From Alphaproteobacteria bacterium (GTDB lineage Bacteria; Pseudomonadota; Alphaproteobacteria; CAAHEQ01; UBA3637): a DNA stretch of 64,000 nucleotides. The stretch covers positions 17,869-81,868 of the forward strand of contig JAFPYS010000019.1 in assembly GCA_017412085.1 (NCBI GenBank), written 5' to 3'. Position numbers and translations under genes: made by a program. Below, piece by piece: positions 1 through 8,901 of this stretch. The notes below the pieces were generated by a model, which saw only the letters and a list, made by a program, of their open reading frames with translations, had not been told where the DNA came from and did not search any database. The number at the start of each line of letters is the position of its first letter. Position 1 is the stretch's first letter.

Positions 1-65
1 TACCGTTCGGACAAAGCGTCCGCCAGTTGCTGTTCTTGAATTTTGGGCATTTGTTGTTCAGTCAT
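1..65 (-). CDS. Possible 5' end of an unidentified CDS running off the left edge (partial)
   Basis: The minus-strand frame is open from the ettA stop to the window edge. An ATG at 65-63 would give MTEQQMPKIQEQQLADALSER. There is no clear Shine-Dalgarno and the fragment is too short to identify. Confidence 0.2.
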   Translation of the reverse strand, partial: MTEQQMPKIQEQQLADALSER

Positions 66-127
66 AGGATCATTGTAGACAATAAAAAAATAAAAAGCAA
101 GCTCTTTTTTGGCAACAGCTTCAACAA

Positions 128-1801
128 TTACCGCTCGATGGGCTTATATTTAATGCGGTGCGGTTGGTCGGCATCTATACCTAAACGACGTTTGCGATCG
201 GCCTCGTATTCTGCATAGTTACCTTCAAACCATACGACTTGACTATCGCCTTCAAAGGCCAAGATATGTGTAGCCAAACGATCCAAGAACCAACGGTCGT
301 GGCTAGTAATCACAGCACAGCCAGGGAAGTCCATTAATGCTTCTTCTAACGCACGCAAGGTGTCGACATCCAAATCATTTGTTGGTTCATCCAATAACAA
401 CACATTCGCACCAGATTTCAACATTTTTGCCATATGAACGCGGTTGCGTTCACCGCCAGACAATTGGCCAACTTTCTTTTGTTGATCTGCCCCCTTGAAA
501 TTAAATTGAGCGACATAGGCACGGCTAGGTACCTCACGTTTGCCCAGGAGCAGGGTATCATTACCGCCGGAAATTTCTTGCCACACAGTGTTGTTGTCGT
601 TCAGGGCATCACGACTTTGATCGACGTAGCCAAGTTTGACCGTTTCACCAATGCGGAATGTCCCTTCATCAGGTTTTTCCTGACCCGTAATAATGCGCAT
701 CAAGGTTGTTTTCCCCGCGCCATTGGGGCCGATAACACCAACGATACCGCCGGCGGGTAGGTTAAAACTTAAATTTTCAAATAGTAATTTGTCACCAAAG
801 GCCTTTTTTAGGTTATCGGCTTTCAATACCAAATCACCCAAGCGAGGACCAGGAGGAATAACAATCTGGGCAACATCCGGCACCTTTTCATTAGATTTTT
901 TTAACAATTCTTCATACGCCGTAATACGTGCTTTTGATTTTGCTTGACGGGCTTTAGGATTGGCGTGAACCCATTCCAATTCTTCCTTTAATGTCTTTTG
1001 GCGCTTGTCTTCGGCGTTTTGTTCAATCTCTAAACGCTTGGATTTCGCTTCAAGCCAGCTTGTATAATTGCCCTCATAAGGAATTCCTTCCCCACGATCC
1101 ATTTCCAAAATCCACCCAGTCACATTATCCAAAAAATAGCGGTCGTGTGTAATCATGACGACAGTATTTGGAAAGTTTTTCAAATAAATTTGTAACCATG
1201 CAACAGATTCGGCGTCCAGGTGGTTAGTTGGTTCGTCCAACAACAGCATATCTGGTTTGGACAGAAGTAGGCGGCATAAAGCCACACGGCGCTTTTCTCC
1301 ACCAGACAATTTTGTCACATCCCAATCGCCCGGGGGACAGCGCAAAGCATCCATAGCAATTTCCACATTACGTTCAAATTCCCAGCCATTGCAAGCGTCA
1401 ATTTTTTCTTGAAGTTCTGCTTGTTCTGCCAACAATTTGTCCATGTCGGCATCAGGATCTGCAAAAGCATTATTGACCTCTTCCCACCGTTTCATAAGAT
1501 CGCGAACTTCTCCCACGCCATCCATGACGTTTTCCATGACGTTTTTGCTAGGATCAAGTTGTGGTTCTTGGGGCAAGTAGCCGACTTTTACGCCTTCTGC
1601 AGGCCACGCTTCACCTGTAAAATTGTCATCCAGCCCAGCCATGATTTTCATCAACGTGGATTTACCAGCACCATTTGGGCCGATCACGCCAATTTTTGCA
1701 CCAGGGAAAAAACTGAGCCAAATATGCTTTAAAACTTCTTTTCCGCCAGGAAAAGTTTTACATAAATCTTTCATTACATAAATATATTGGTAGGCAGGCA
1801 T
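128..1801 (-). CDS. ettA: Energy-dependent translational throttle protein EttA (ABC-F ATPase)
   Basis: 557 aa with two ABC cassettes (Walker [10 protein letters not shown] and GPNGAGKTT; signatures LSGGEKRR and LSGGERNR). It has no TM domain and an EttA-like N-terminus and length. Confidence 0.92.
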   Translation of the reverse strand: MPAYQYIYVMKDLCKTFPGGKEVLKHIWLSFFPGAKIGVIGPNGAGKSTLMKIMAGLDDNFTGEAWPAEGVKVGYLPQEPQLDPSKNVMENVMDGVGEVRDLMKRWEEVNNAFADPDADMDKLLAEQAELQEKIDACNGWEFERNVEIAMDALRCPPGDWDVTKLSGGEKRRVALCRLLLSKPDMLLLDEPTNHLDAESVAWLQIYLKNFPNTVVMITHDRYFLDNVTGWILEMDRGEGIPYEGNYTSWLEAKSKRLEIEQNAEDKRQKTLKEELEWVHANPKARQAKSKARITAYEELLKKSNEKVPDVAQIVIPPGPRLGDLVLKADNLKKAFGDKLLFENLSFNLPAGGIVGVIGPNGAGKTTLMRIITGQEKPDEGTFRIGETVKLGYVDQSRDALNDNNTVWQEISGGNDTLLLGKREVPSRAYVAQFNFKGADQQKKVGQLSGGERNRVHMAKMLKSGANVLLLDEPTNDLDVDTLRALEEALMDFPGCAVITSHDRWFLDRLATHILAFEGDSQVVWFEGNYAEYEADRKRRLGIDADQPHRIKYKPIER

Positions 1802-2782
1802 TTATTTTCCTTTCTTTTTCGGCAAAAGATGTAGTTTGCGTTTTAAATATGCTTTAACAATGTCATTCACATCACGTTGCTTCAGACAGTAGATATCCGT
1901 GTCGGTGTAAGGCTTAGCATAAAAGCGGCGGCGGGCCTGCTCATAAGGTTGATCAAAGATGTGACTTAAAAATTCCAAGACCTTTTTATCGGATACGCGT
2001 TCCAGTGCGCCCGGCTGAAATACGGGTTCATGCATAATCTTTAAGTAAAGTTCATCATCATTGTCAACCTTCTTAATATATTCCATCATATCTTCCAATG
2101 AATTAAAATCATGTGCATTGATAAATGCTTTAGGGTTAAATTCTTCGGCCACCCGTGGATTGCCATAATATAAAGGAATGTGTTGTGAAGCAAAGGAATC
2201 GACTAACTTTTCCATGGTATAGCCGGAACAATAAGTATTTTCAAAAGCAATGGAGAACTTGTAGTTTCTTTGGAAGCCGACTTTTTCGGATGGCGGATAA
2301 ATGTGGCCGACCGTATTGTGATATTTGCCACCATAATCCACTGTTTTATATTGTTCCAAAAGTTCTAATATTCTGGGGCGTGCCCCATCTGTTTGAGTGC
2401 CATTGCCCAATACAGCACAGCAAAATTTGCGATCTAATAATTGTTTGTCGGTTAATCTTTCTGTACGATGAAGTGATTTTTGAATGTTTTCTTTGCCCAA
2501 GGCCCAAAGTGGGAAACGCATGTACCGATCTTCAAAGGTCAAGTAACTATGCCCAAAAGCATAATCACATAAATTAAAATTAGGGCACATTTGTTCGCCG
2601 GTCCAAAAAATGCGGATGCCGTCAAAGGCGTGATGTTTATTTCCAAAAACAGTATAAAAAATATAGTCTGGTTCGTCGGAGATCTCCACATCATATTTTG
2701 TGCGCAGAAGTTTAGTAAAATAGTGATTTTCTGCATCGAAATTTTTGCCGAAATCATAATAGTTTATTTTTAACTTTTTCAT
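1802..2782 (-). CDS. Glycosyltransferase family 10 (alpha-1,3/4-fucosyltransferase-like)
   Basis: It carries the GT10 core YKFSIAFENTYCSGYTMEKLVDSFASQHIPLYYGNP, comparable to Helicobacter FutA FNLCFENSQGYGYVTEKIID. N-terminal FWTGE...PNFNLCDYAFG...DRYMRFPLW blocks are also present. The stop abuts the ettA ATG and the start overlaps the dut stop (TAATG). Confidence 0.8.
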   Translation of the reverse strand: MKKLKINYYDFGKNFDAENHYFTKLLRTKYDVEISDEPDYIFYTVFGNKHHAFDGIRIFWTGEQMCPNFNLCDYAFGHSYLTFEDRYMRFPLWALGKENIQKSLHRTERLTDKQLLDRKFCCAVLGNGTQTDGARPRILELLEQYKTVDYGGKYHNTVGHIYPPSEKVGFQRNYKFSIAFENTYCSGYTMEKLVDSFASQHIPLYYGNPRVAEEFNPKAFINAHDFNSLEDMMEYIKKVDNDDELYLKIMHEPVFQPGALERVSDKKVLEFLSHIFDQPYEQARRRFYAKPYTDTDIYCLKQRDVNDIVKAYLKRKLHLLPKKKGK

Positions 2783-3237
2783 TATTTTCCCCCAGTGGAC
2801 CCAAAGCCGCCTGTGCTGCGTGTTGTATCATCGGTAACTGTTCCTGCGATGATTTCGGGGCGTCCAATAGGACACACAACCGCTTGAGCAATCCTATCTC
2901 CCGGTTGAATTACAAAGTCTTCTGGGCCCAAATTGATTAAAATTGTTTTCAATTCTCCACGATAACCATAGTCAATGGTTCCTGGCGCATTCACAATGGA
3001 GATGCCAAATTTTGCTGCCAAACCAGAGCGGGGACGTGTCTGAATTTCCCATAAATTTGTGTCGCTTTCAATTTGAACCTTAACGCCATTTGGAATAATG
3101 CTTTTTTCACCTGGATGCAGGGTTATTGGTTCGGCAATTGCTGCACGTAAATCAAATCCTGCATCATCTGGATGAGCGTAGCTCAATCGCGGCCAATCGG
3201 TCAAATAGTTTTCCAAATATTCTACAATCAAACGCAT
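2782..3237 (-). CDS. dut: dUTP diphosphatase
   Basis: Carries the dUTPase motifs AGFDLRA, GTIDYGYRGE and a C-terminal RSTGGFGSTG. I moved the start to the internal ATG at 3237, which is preceded by AAGGAG; the ORF-track N-terminal extension is unlikely. Confidence 0.92.
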   Translation of the reverse strand: MRLIVEYLENYLTDWPRLSYAHPDDAGFDLRAAIAEPITLHPGEKSIIPNGVKVQIESDTNLWEIQTRPRSGLAAKFGISIVNAPGTIDYGYRGELKTILINLGPEDFVIQPGDRIAQAVVCPIGRPEIIAGTVTDDTTRSTGGFGSTGGK

Positions 3238-3358
3238 AAAAACTCCTTTTGTTGGCGATAGAGTATCGTTTTTCCATCTTTTTGTCAAGAAAAAGAAAAA
3301 ATCCTTGCATTTTTTGCAAAAATGGTTATAGTATGCAAATACAACAAAAGGAGTTTGT

Positions 3359-3709
3359 ATGTTTATTTCATCCGCATGGGCTCAAACAGCAGAAAACGTG
3401 GCCGCTACAGCGCCAAATGCCGCTTCTTTATCAAGTATGGCCATCCAGTTTGTGCTGATCGTTTTGATTTGCTATTTTATTTTAATTCGTCCTCAACAAA
3501 AACGCTATAAAAAACACGAGGCAGAATTAAATGCCATTGTGAAGGGTGTGCGTGTTAATGTGGGCGGTATTGTTGGGAAAGTGGTTAAGGTTGAGCCATT
3601 AGAATTGACGGTTGAAATTGCCGATGGGGTGGAGATCAAAGTGTTGCGCCCATATGTGACACAGGTTTTGTTTAACGAAGACGAATTGCTTGGAAAGGAT
3701 AAAAAATAA
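3359..3709 (+). CDS. yajC: Preprotein translocase subunit YajC
   Basis: 116 aa with a single TM followed by the YajC core (RPQQKR...GGIVGKV). An AAAGGAG SD precedes it and its stop overlaps the secD start. Confidence 0.9.
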   Translation: MFISSAWAQTAENVAATAPNAASLSSMAIQFVLIVLICYFILIRPQQKRYKKHEAELNAIVKGVRVNVGGIVGKVVKVEPLELTVEIADGVEIKVLRPYVTQVLFNEDELLGKDKK

Positions 3710-5277
3710 TGTTTGGATATTCAAAAATAAAGGTTGCTATTATTTCAGCCGTATTGGTGTTGGGACTGTTTTTCGCTTTGCCGAATTTTATGCCCAAAGA
3801 TATGTACAATCAGATACCATCTTCGATGAAGTCTTGGTGGAAGCCCGTAACATTGGGATTGGATCTACAAGGCGGTTCTTATTTGGTGATGGAAGTGGAC
3901 ACATCCACCTTAGTTCATGAAAAGTTGGAAAGCTTGGCGGATTTAACACGTTCGGCTTTGCGTGAAGGAAAGGTGCGTTTTTCTGGGTTAAAAGCTGATA
4001 ATGAAGAAATGACGGTCAAGGTTTTGAATGCGGCACAATTAAATGATGCGCGCGAAATTATTCGCAAGCAAGAAAGTGTTGGCTTGGATATTTCTGCCGA
4101 AGGTTCTACTTTAACAGTAAAATATACAGACGATGCTTTAAGCACATTGAAAAATCAAGCTGTGCAACAATCTTTGGAAATTGTGCGTAAACGTATTGAC
4201 GAACTAGGGACAAAAGAGCCTTTAATTCAACAACAGGGTGATGATCGTATTGTCATTCAATTGCCAGGCGTCCAAGATCCTGCCGAAATTAAGGCATTGA
4301 TGGGTAAGACGGCAAAGATGACATTCCATTTAGTGGATGAAGAAACAACACCTCAGATGGCCCAAATGGGTAAGATTTCTGCTGATTCCATGTTAATCAC
4401 CGGAGAAGAGACGGGGTATATCGTTTTAAAACGTTCTGTGGTCGTTGGTGGAGAAAGCTTGGAAGATTCCAGAGGAACATATGACGAAAATGGTCGTCCG
4501 GCTGTGTCATTTAGCTTCAAAAGTGCTGGGGCGAAGAAATTTGGTAATGCAACACGTGATAACGTTGGGCGTCGTTTGGCGATCGTGTTAGATGGTAAAG
4601 TGATCAGCGCGCCGACGATCAACAGCCCAATTACAGGCGGTAAAGGAATTATTACGGGTAACTTTACGGTACAATCTGCAAACGATTTGGCCTTATTGCT
4701 GCGTTCTGGTGCATTACCTGCACCTTTGTTGGTCGTGGAAGAACGTGTTGTGGGCGCTGGTTTGGGTGAAGATTCTATTAAGGCCGGAACAACAGCTTGT
4801 TGGATTGGATTGGTGCTTGTTTTTGCATTTATGGTTATTGTTTATGGCTGGTTTGGTATTATGGCCGACTTGGTTTTGTTGGCAAACGGAATTTTATTGT
4901 TGGCATTGTTGAGTGCTCTTGGCGCGACACTGACATTGCCAGGATTAGCAGGTATTGCATTGACAGTTGGTATGGCTGTGGATGCGAATATCATTATCTT
5001 TGAACGCATGAAGGAAGAGCAAATGCATGGCGTAACCGTTCCAAAAGATGTCTTAACACGTGGATTTGAAGGTTCGTTCAGTGCTATCTTAGACGGCCAA
5101 TTAACGACATTGTTTGCGGCGCTGTTCTTGTTTTGGCTTGGGTCCGGTCCTGTGCGTGGCTTTGGTGTGACATTGGGTCTTGGTTTGGCAACAACGATGT
5201 TTGCCGCGATCTTTGTGTCAAAGTTGATTTTGATGGCATGGATGAATATGAAACATCCAAAAGAAATTAAGTTTTAA
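3709..5277 (+). CDS. secD: Protein translocase subunit SecD
   Basis: 522 aa with an N-terminal TM, a periplasmic domain (LGLDLQGG, GDDRIVIQLPG) and a C-terminal TM bundle. Sits in yajC-secD-secF order. Confidence 0.95.
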   Translation: MFGYSKIKVAIISAVLVLGLFFALPNFMPKDMYNQIPSSMKSWWKPVTLGLDLQGGSYLVMEVDTSTLVHEKLESLADLTRSALREGKVRFSGLKADNEEMTVKVLNAAQLNDAREIIRKQESVGLDISAEGSTLTVKYTDDALSTLKNQAVQQSLEIVRKRIDELGTKEPLIQQQGDDRIVIQLPGVQDPAEIKALMGKTAKMTFHLVDEETTPQMAQMGKISADSMLITGEETGYIVLKRSVVVGGESLEDSRGTYDENGRPAVSFSFKSAGAKKFGNATRDNVGRRLAIVLDGKVISAPTINSPITGGKGIITGNFTVQSANDLALLLRSGALPAPLLVVEERVVGAGLGEDSIKAGTTACWIGLVLVFAFMVIVYGWFGIMADLVLLANGILLLALLSALGATLTLPGLAGIALTVGMAVDANIIIFERMKEEQMHGVTVPKDVLTRGFEGSFSAILDGQLTTLFAALFLFWLGSGPVRGFGVTLGLGLATTMFAAIFVSKLILMAWMNMKHPKEIKF

Positions 5278-5291
5278 GAAAGGATATCAAG

Positions 5292-6206
5292 ATGAGTAAG
5301 TTATTTAGAAAACGTGAATATAACATCAACTTTATAGGACAGTCAAAGATTGCTTATGTCTTGTCGGCAATTATGTTGATTGTAGCTGTTGTTTCATTGG
5401 TGACGCGTGGTTTGAATTATGGCATTGATTTTGTTGGCGGTGTTCAAATTGAAGCGTCCAGCGAAAACACAATTCAAATGGATGTTGTGCGCCAGAAATT
5501 GTCTTTCTTGAAAGATCTATCTTTACAATCAGTGGGGACAGATGGAAAGGGTATTTTAATTCAAGCGCAGCCTGAGGGTGAAAATCCAAATGCCTTGTTA
5601 ACAAAAATCAAGGATGCATTGGGATCTGGCTATTCTTATAACGAAGTGGAAATCGTTGGCCCAGCGGTTGGTGCGGAATTGAAGTATAAGAGCTTGTTGG
5701 CATCTATTTTGGCACTTTTAGCGATTGCTGTTTATATTTGGTTTAGATTTGAATGGCCTTTTGCCATTGGATGCTTGTTGGCGTTGGCTCATGATATGAT
5801 TATTGTGGTCGGCTTTTTCTCATTGTTCCAGATTGAATTTGATATGGTGGTTGTGGCTGGTTTATTGTCATTGGCTGGTTATGATTGCAATGATACGATC
5901 GTTAGTTATGACCGTATGCGTGAAAATTTGAAAAAATATCGCAAAGCAACTGTGCGAGAATTGATCAACCGTAGTACAAATGAAACATTCTCTCGGACAA
6001 TTTTAACAAGTTTGACAACGTTGTTTGTCGTGTTGGTGTTGTTGTTTGTGGGCGGTGAAGCGTTGAAAGGATTTTCAATCGCGATGGTGCTTGGTACAAT
6101 CTTTGGAACATATTCATCAATTTACTTGGCAATGCCGCTATTACAATATTTTGATGTGCGTTCTGTTGGTAACAGCTCGGATGCAACGCCAGATTTCAAT
6201 AAGTAA
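5292..6206 (+). CDS. secF: Protein translocase subunit SecF
   Basis: 304 aa with the SecF signature NYGIDFVGG and a polytopic C-terminal half. It directly follows secD. Confidence 0.95.
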   Translation: MSKLFRKREYNINFIGQSKIAYVLSAIMLIVAVVSLVTRGLNYGIDFVGGVQIEASSENTIQMDVVRQKLSFLKDLSLQSVGTDGKGILIQAQPEGENPNALLTKIKDALGSGYSYNEVEIVGPAVGAELKYKSLLASILALLAIAVYIWFRFEWPFAIGCLLALAHDMIIVVGFFSLFQIEFDMVVVAGLLSLAGYDCNDTIVSYDRMRENLKKYRKATVRELINRSTNETFSRTILTSLTTLFVVLVLLFVGGEALKGFSIAMVLGTIFGTYSSIYLAMPLLQYFDVRSVGNSSDATPDFNK

Positions 6207-6207
6207 A

Positions 6208-6237
6208 ATAAAAGCCCTCCGCAAAGAGGGCTTTTAA
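6208..6237. terminator. Bidirectional rho-independent terminator between convergent secF and tspO
   Basis: The stem AAAAGCCCTC / GAGGGCTTTT encloses loop CGCAAA. It is flanked by an A-run and a T-run, so it can work on both strands. Confidence 0.7.
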
Positions 6238-6242
6238 AATAA

Positions 6243-6701
6243 TCAAAACACAAGTACTGTATTAAGATATAGGGCAAAGAAGGCCCACAATAATGTTGGA
6301 ACAATTAACCATCCGGCCAAGAGGTTTGTTTTGCCAAAAGATTTTATGTTGGCCATTAATGCTAAAATAAAGAAGACCAAAACAACAAGGGCGCCGCCTG
6401 GACTCCTTAAGTAAAAAAATGCAAAACTCCACAGCATATTGAGGGCAAGTTGTAGCACAAACCAACGGGGTGATGCCTTTCCCCAAACAAGATAGGCTGC
6501 GACAGCTTGTAAGAACAATAAAATGCCCCACACAGGCCCAAAGATATAATCTGGAGGATTAAGATTAGAGTGGGGTAATGTCCAATACCAAGCCATTGTA
6601 TCATCGGTCATATATCCCGAGGCAACCCATCCAATAAGATTAACCAAAACAAGTAAAAAGATAAAACGTCCAATTTTTTGTAATAGTGAAATTTTTTTCA
6701 T
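6243..6701 (-). CDS. tspO: TspO/MBR family tryptophan-rich sensory protein
   Basis: 152 aa, five hydrophobic segments, Trp-rich. Carries the TspO-like block WYWTLPHSNLNPPDYIFGPVW. Confidence 0.85.
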   Translation of the reverse strand: MKKISLLQKIGRFIFLLVLVNLIGWVASGYMTDDTMAWYWTLPHSNLNPPDYIFGPVWGILLFLQAVAAYLVWGKASPRWFVLQLALNMLWSFAFFYLRSPGGALVVLVFFILALMANIKSFGKTNLLAGWLIVPTLLWAFFALYLNTVLVF

Positions 6702-6820
6702 ATTTTCTCCTTTTGTTGATAGAAAAAGTATAGGTCAAAAAATTAAAGCTTCAAGATGTCGGAAGAAATGTGATTGCTTTTTGATTTAAAATTTTATAAA
6801 ATAAGCGCAAGGAGTGTTAT

Positions 6821-7534
6821 ATGAAAAAAACAGCAACGACCTTGCCAGAAAAGAATAAACCTTGGTATTATGGCCACCGGCAACGCATGAGCGAAAAAAT
6901 CACAAAGTTGGGTATGGATTCTTTGACAGAATCGGAAATTTTGGAAGAGCTGTTGATGCGGGCGATCCCAAGACGAGACGTCAAACCGATTGTTCGCGAA
7001 TTATTGAGCAAGTTCAAAACATTAAGTGGTGTTATGAGTGCAAATGAATCCGAGTTAATTCAGGTAAACGGTATTAAGGAAAAGACCGCTCAATTTTTAA
7101 TTCTGATCCGCCGTGTTGCGCAAGAAATTGCCTTAGGTAAGGTTGAAAAGCGTCCGATTTTATCCGATTGGGAAAGTTTATTGGATTATGTCAGCACGAT
7201 TTATACCAGAGAAACGGTTGAGGTTTTATATATTCTTTATCTAGACAGTAAACTAAAGTTAATAAAAGCTAGGAAAGAAAAAGTAGGATGTGTCAATCAT
7301 ATTGAGATTTCTCCAAAAGAAATTTTAAAGGAAGCGTTGAACTTAAATGCAGCGCAGGTTATTTTAGTACACAATCATCCATCAGGTGAAGCCATGCCGT
7401 CAGTGGACGATATTCGCACAACAGAGATGGTGGCTAAGTTGTTAGAGGCGGCTGGGATTCATTTGGTAGAACATTTAATTGTTGGAAACAATCGAAAAGT
7501 TCATTCAATGAGGGCTCAAGGTATTTTAAAATAG
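6821..7534 (+). CDS. radC: RadC-family JAB/MPN domain protein
   Basis: The C-terminal JAB motif is HNHPSGEAMPSVDD. The N-terminal helix-hairpin-helix-like region is typical of full-length RadC. Confidence 0.9.
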   Translation: MKKTATTLPEKNKPWYYGHRQRMSEKITKLGMDSLTESEILEELLMRAIPRRDVKPIVRELLSKFKTLSGVMSANESELIQVNGIKEKTAQFLILIRRVAQEIALGKVEKRPILSDWESLLDYVSTIYTRETVEVLYILYLDSKLKLIKARKEKVGCVNHIEISPKEILKEALNLNAAQVILVHNHPSGEAMPSVDDIRTTEMVAKLLEAAGIHLVEHLIVGNNRKVHSMRAQGILK

Positions 7535-7579
7535 AAAATTTTTCTTGTTTTTTAATGCAAAAGGTGTTACCTTAAAAAT

Positions 7580-8347
7580 ATGGTTAATGAAAAAGATAAG
7601 TTTTGCCCAATTAATTGCCCGTTTTTAGCGAGTCGTTCGTTTTTGCCCAAAACAATGCCTTTTTATTGTGAAAAATATGCAACGTTCTTGGGGATGGATG
7701 CAGGTAAGAAAGTTTTAAAATGCAGTGCTTGTAGAGGGAAAAAACAAGATCTTATTGAAACTGGTTTGGCTCTTTTGGAAGCGCAGATGCAACCTCAGGG
7801 ATTAATTAACCAAATGAAGCAGGCGTTTTTGGCGATGCCTCTTGTGACGCAAAAAATGTTTGTTTCTATCCTGGAGCAAAATGGTGTGCAGTTGCATCCA
7901 GAAGGGGAAGAAAAATTAACGCCTTTTACATTAATGCATATAGCACAAAGGGCTCGTTTACAGGCTCGCCGTAGAGAAGAATCTCCAGAAGTTCAGGAAT
8001 TTATTAAATTATTGAATGTTGTGGGTGGAGATGCCCCGTTGGATGGGATGACAAAGACGTTATTGTCAAATCTGTTTCAAGTAATTGATGGATCTGAACG
8101 CAGTATGTTATTGACTATTATGGAAAATCCAAAAAATTTGGAAAGTTTTTTAAAATCATTTTCCAAAACACCGCATGATAAAGATTTATTAAGGAACTTT
8201 AGGGCATTGTTATATGAAGTTCATAGAGAGTTAATAAATAAAACGAATACGGTTAATTTGTTCCAACAGCAAATTCGGAATAACGAATTGGCACGCACGA
8301 TCCAACAAATGACTCGTGCACGTGCAGCGAAAGCAAAAACAAGGTAA
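7580..8347 (+). CDS. Hypothetical protein with N-terminal Cys cluster
   Basis: 255-aa ORF. The N-terminal 55 aa contain CPINC, YCEKY and KCSAC (a possible zinc ribbon or metal site). The rest is helical with a basic tail (RARAAKAKTR). I recognise no family. Confidence 0.55.
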   Translation: MVNEKDKFCPINCPFLASRSFLPKTMPFYCEKYATFLGMDAGKKVLKCSACRGKKQDLIETGLALLEAQMQPQGLINQMKQAFLAMPLVTQKMFVSILEQNGVQLHPEGEEKLTPFTLMHIAQRARLQARRREESPEVQEFIKLLNVVGGDAPLDGMTKTLLSNLFQVIDGSERSMLLTIMENPKNLESFLKSFSKTPHDKDLLRNFRALLYEVHRELINKTNTVNLFQQQIRNNELARTIQQMTRARAAKAKTR

Positions 8348-8348
8348 T

Positions 8349-8894
8349 TTAATCTGATTTAAGCGTGGCCAAAATCGCTTGACACACCTGTTCTGGCGTT
8401 AAGTGTGTTGTATCGACAACCAAATCAAAATTGTTTTTATCATCAATATCTAGATCATAGTTCTTTTGAAAATGTATCAGCTCTAATTGATGTCTTTTGA
8501 TGGCGGCTTCTGTGGATTGTTGAACAGAGGCATATTTTTGTTCTCCTGAACGCGCAGAATCATTAAAAATACGTTCGCCCGCCACTTCGTCCCGAACAGT
8601 CAGACAGACTTTGAAAGATTTTGGCACAAAATGAAAGGCCAATCGCGAATCCACAACACAATTGTCGTTACCCCAAGGGGGATTTTTAAACACAGCATCA
8701 ATGCGTTCGTCAATGGATTTATCTTTGATGGTTAGGGCATTCAGTTCAATTGTGGTAACCCCCATTTCTTCGGCAATTTTTCGTTGTGCCATGCCGGTTG
8801 AATAATACTGCCATCCCAATTTTTGGGCCAGCATCTTTGAAACAGTAGACTTGCCACTGCCAACAGAACCGGATATCGTAATCGTTTGTCCCAT
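8349..8894 (-). CDS. Cytidylate-kinase-like P-loop nucleotide kinase
   Basis: Has the P-loop GSVGSGKST and the size of a small NMP kinase. I moved the start to the ATG at 8894, preceded by AGGAGG, 7 nt after the parE stop. Confidence 0.7.
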   Translation of the reverse strand: MGQTITISGSVGSGKSTVSKMLAQKLGWQYYSTGMAQRKIAEEMGVTTIELNALTIKDKSIDERIDAVFKNPPWGNDNCVVDSRLAFHFVPKSFKVCLTVRDEVAGERIFNDSARSGEQKYASVQQSTEAAIKRHQLELIHFQKNYDLDIDDKNNFDLVVDTTHLTPEQVCQAILATLKSD

Positions 8895-8901
8895 GTGCCT
8901 C

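Noticed and set aside
3238-3288. N-terminal extensions in the ORF track (dut, cmk-like, parE, bamE, M48 protease, ldhA-like, tyrS, addA, cysS, anmK, lexA, trxA, amgK-like)
   Set aside because: In each case an internal ATG (or TTG for mltA) sits 5-9 nt downstream of a clear AGGAG-type SD. Each also aligns with the expected family N-terminus or a start/stop overlap with the upstream gene. I regard the extensions as artefacts of longest-ORF calling.
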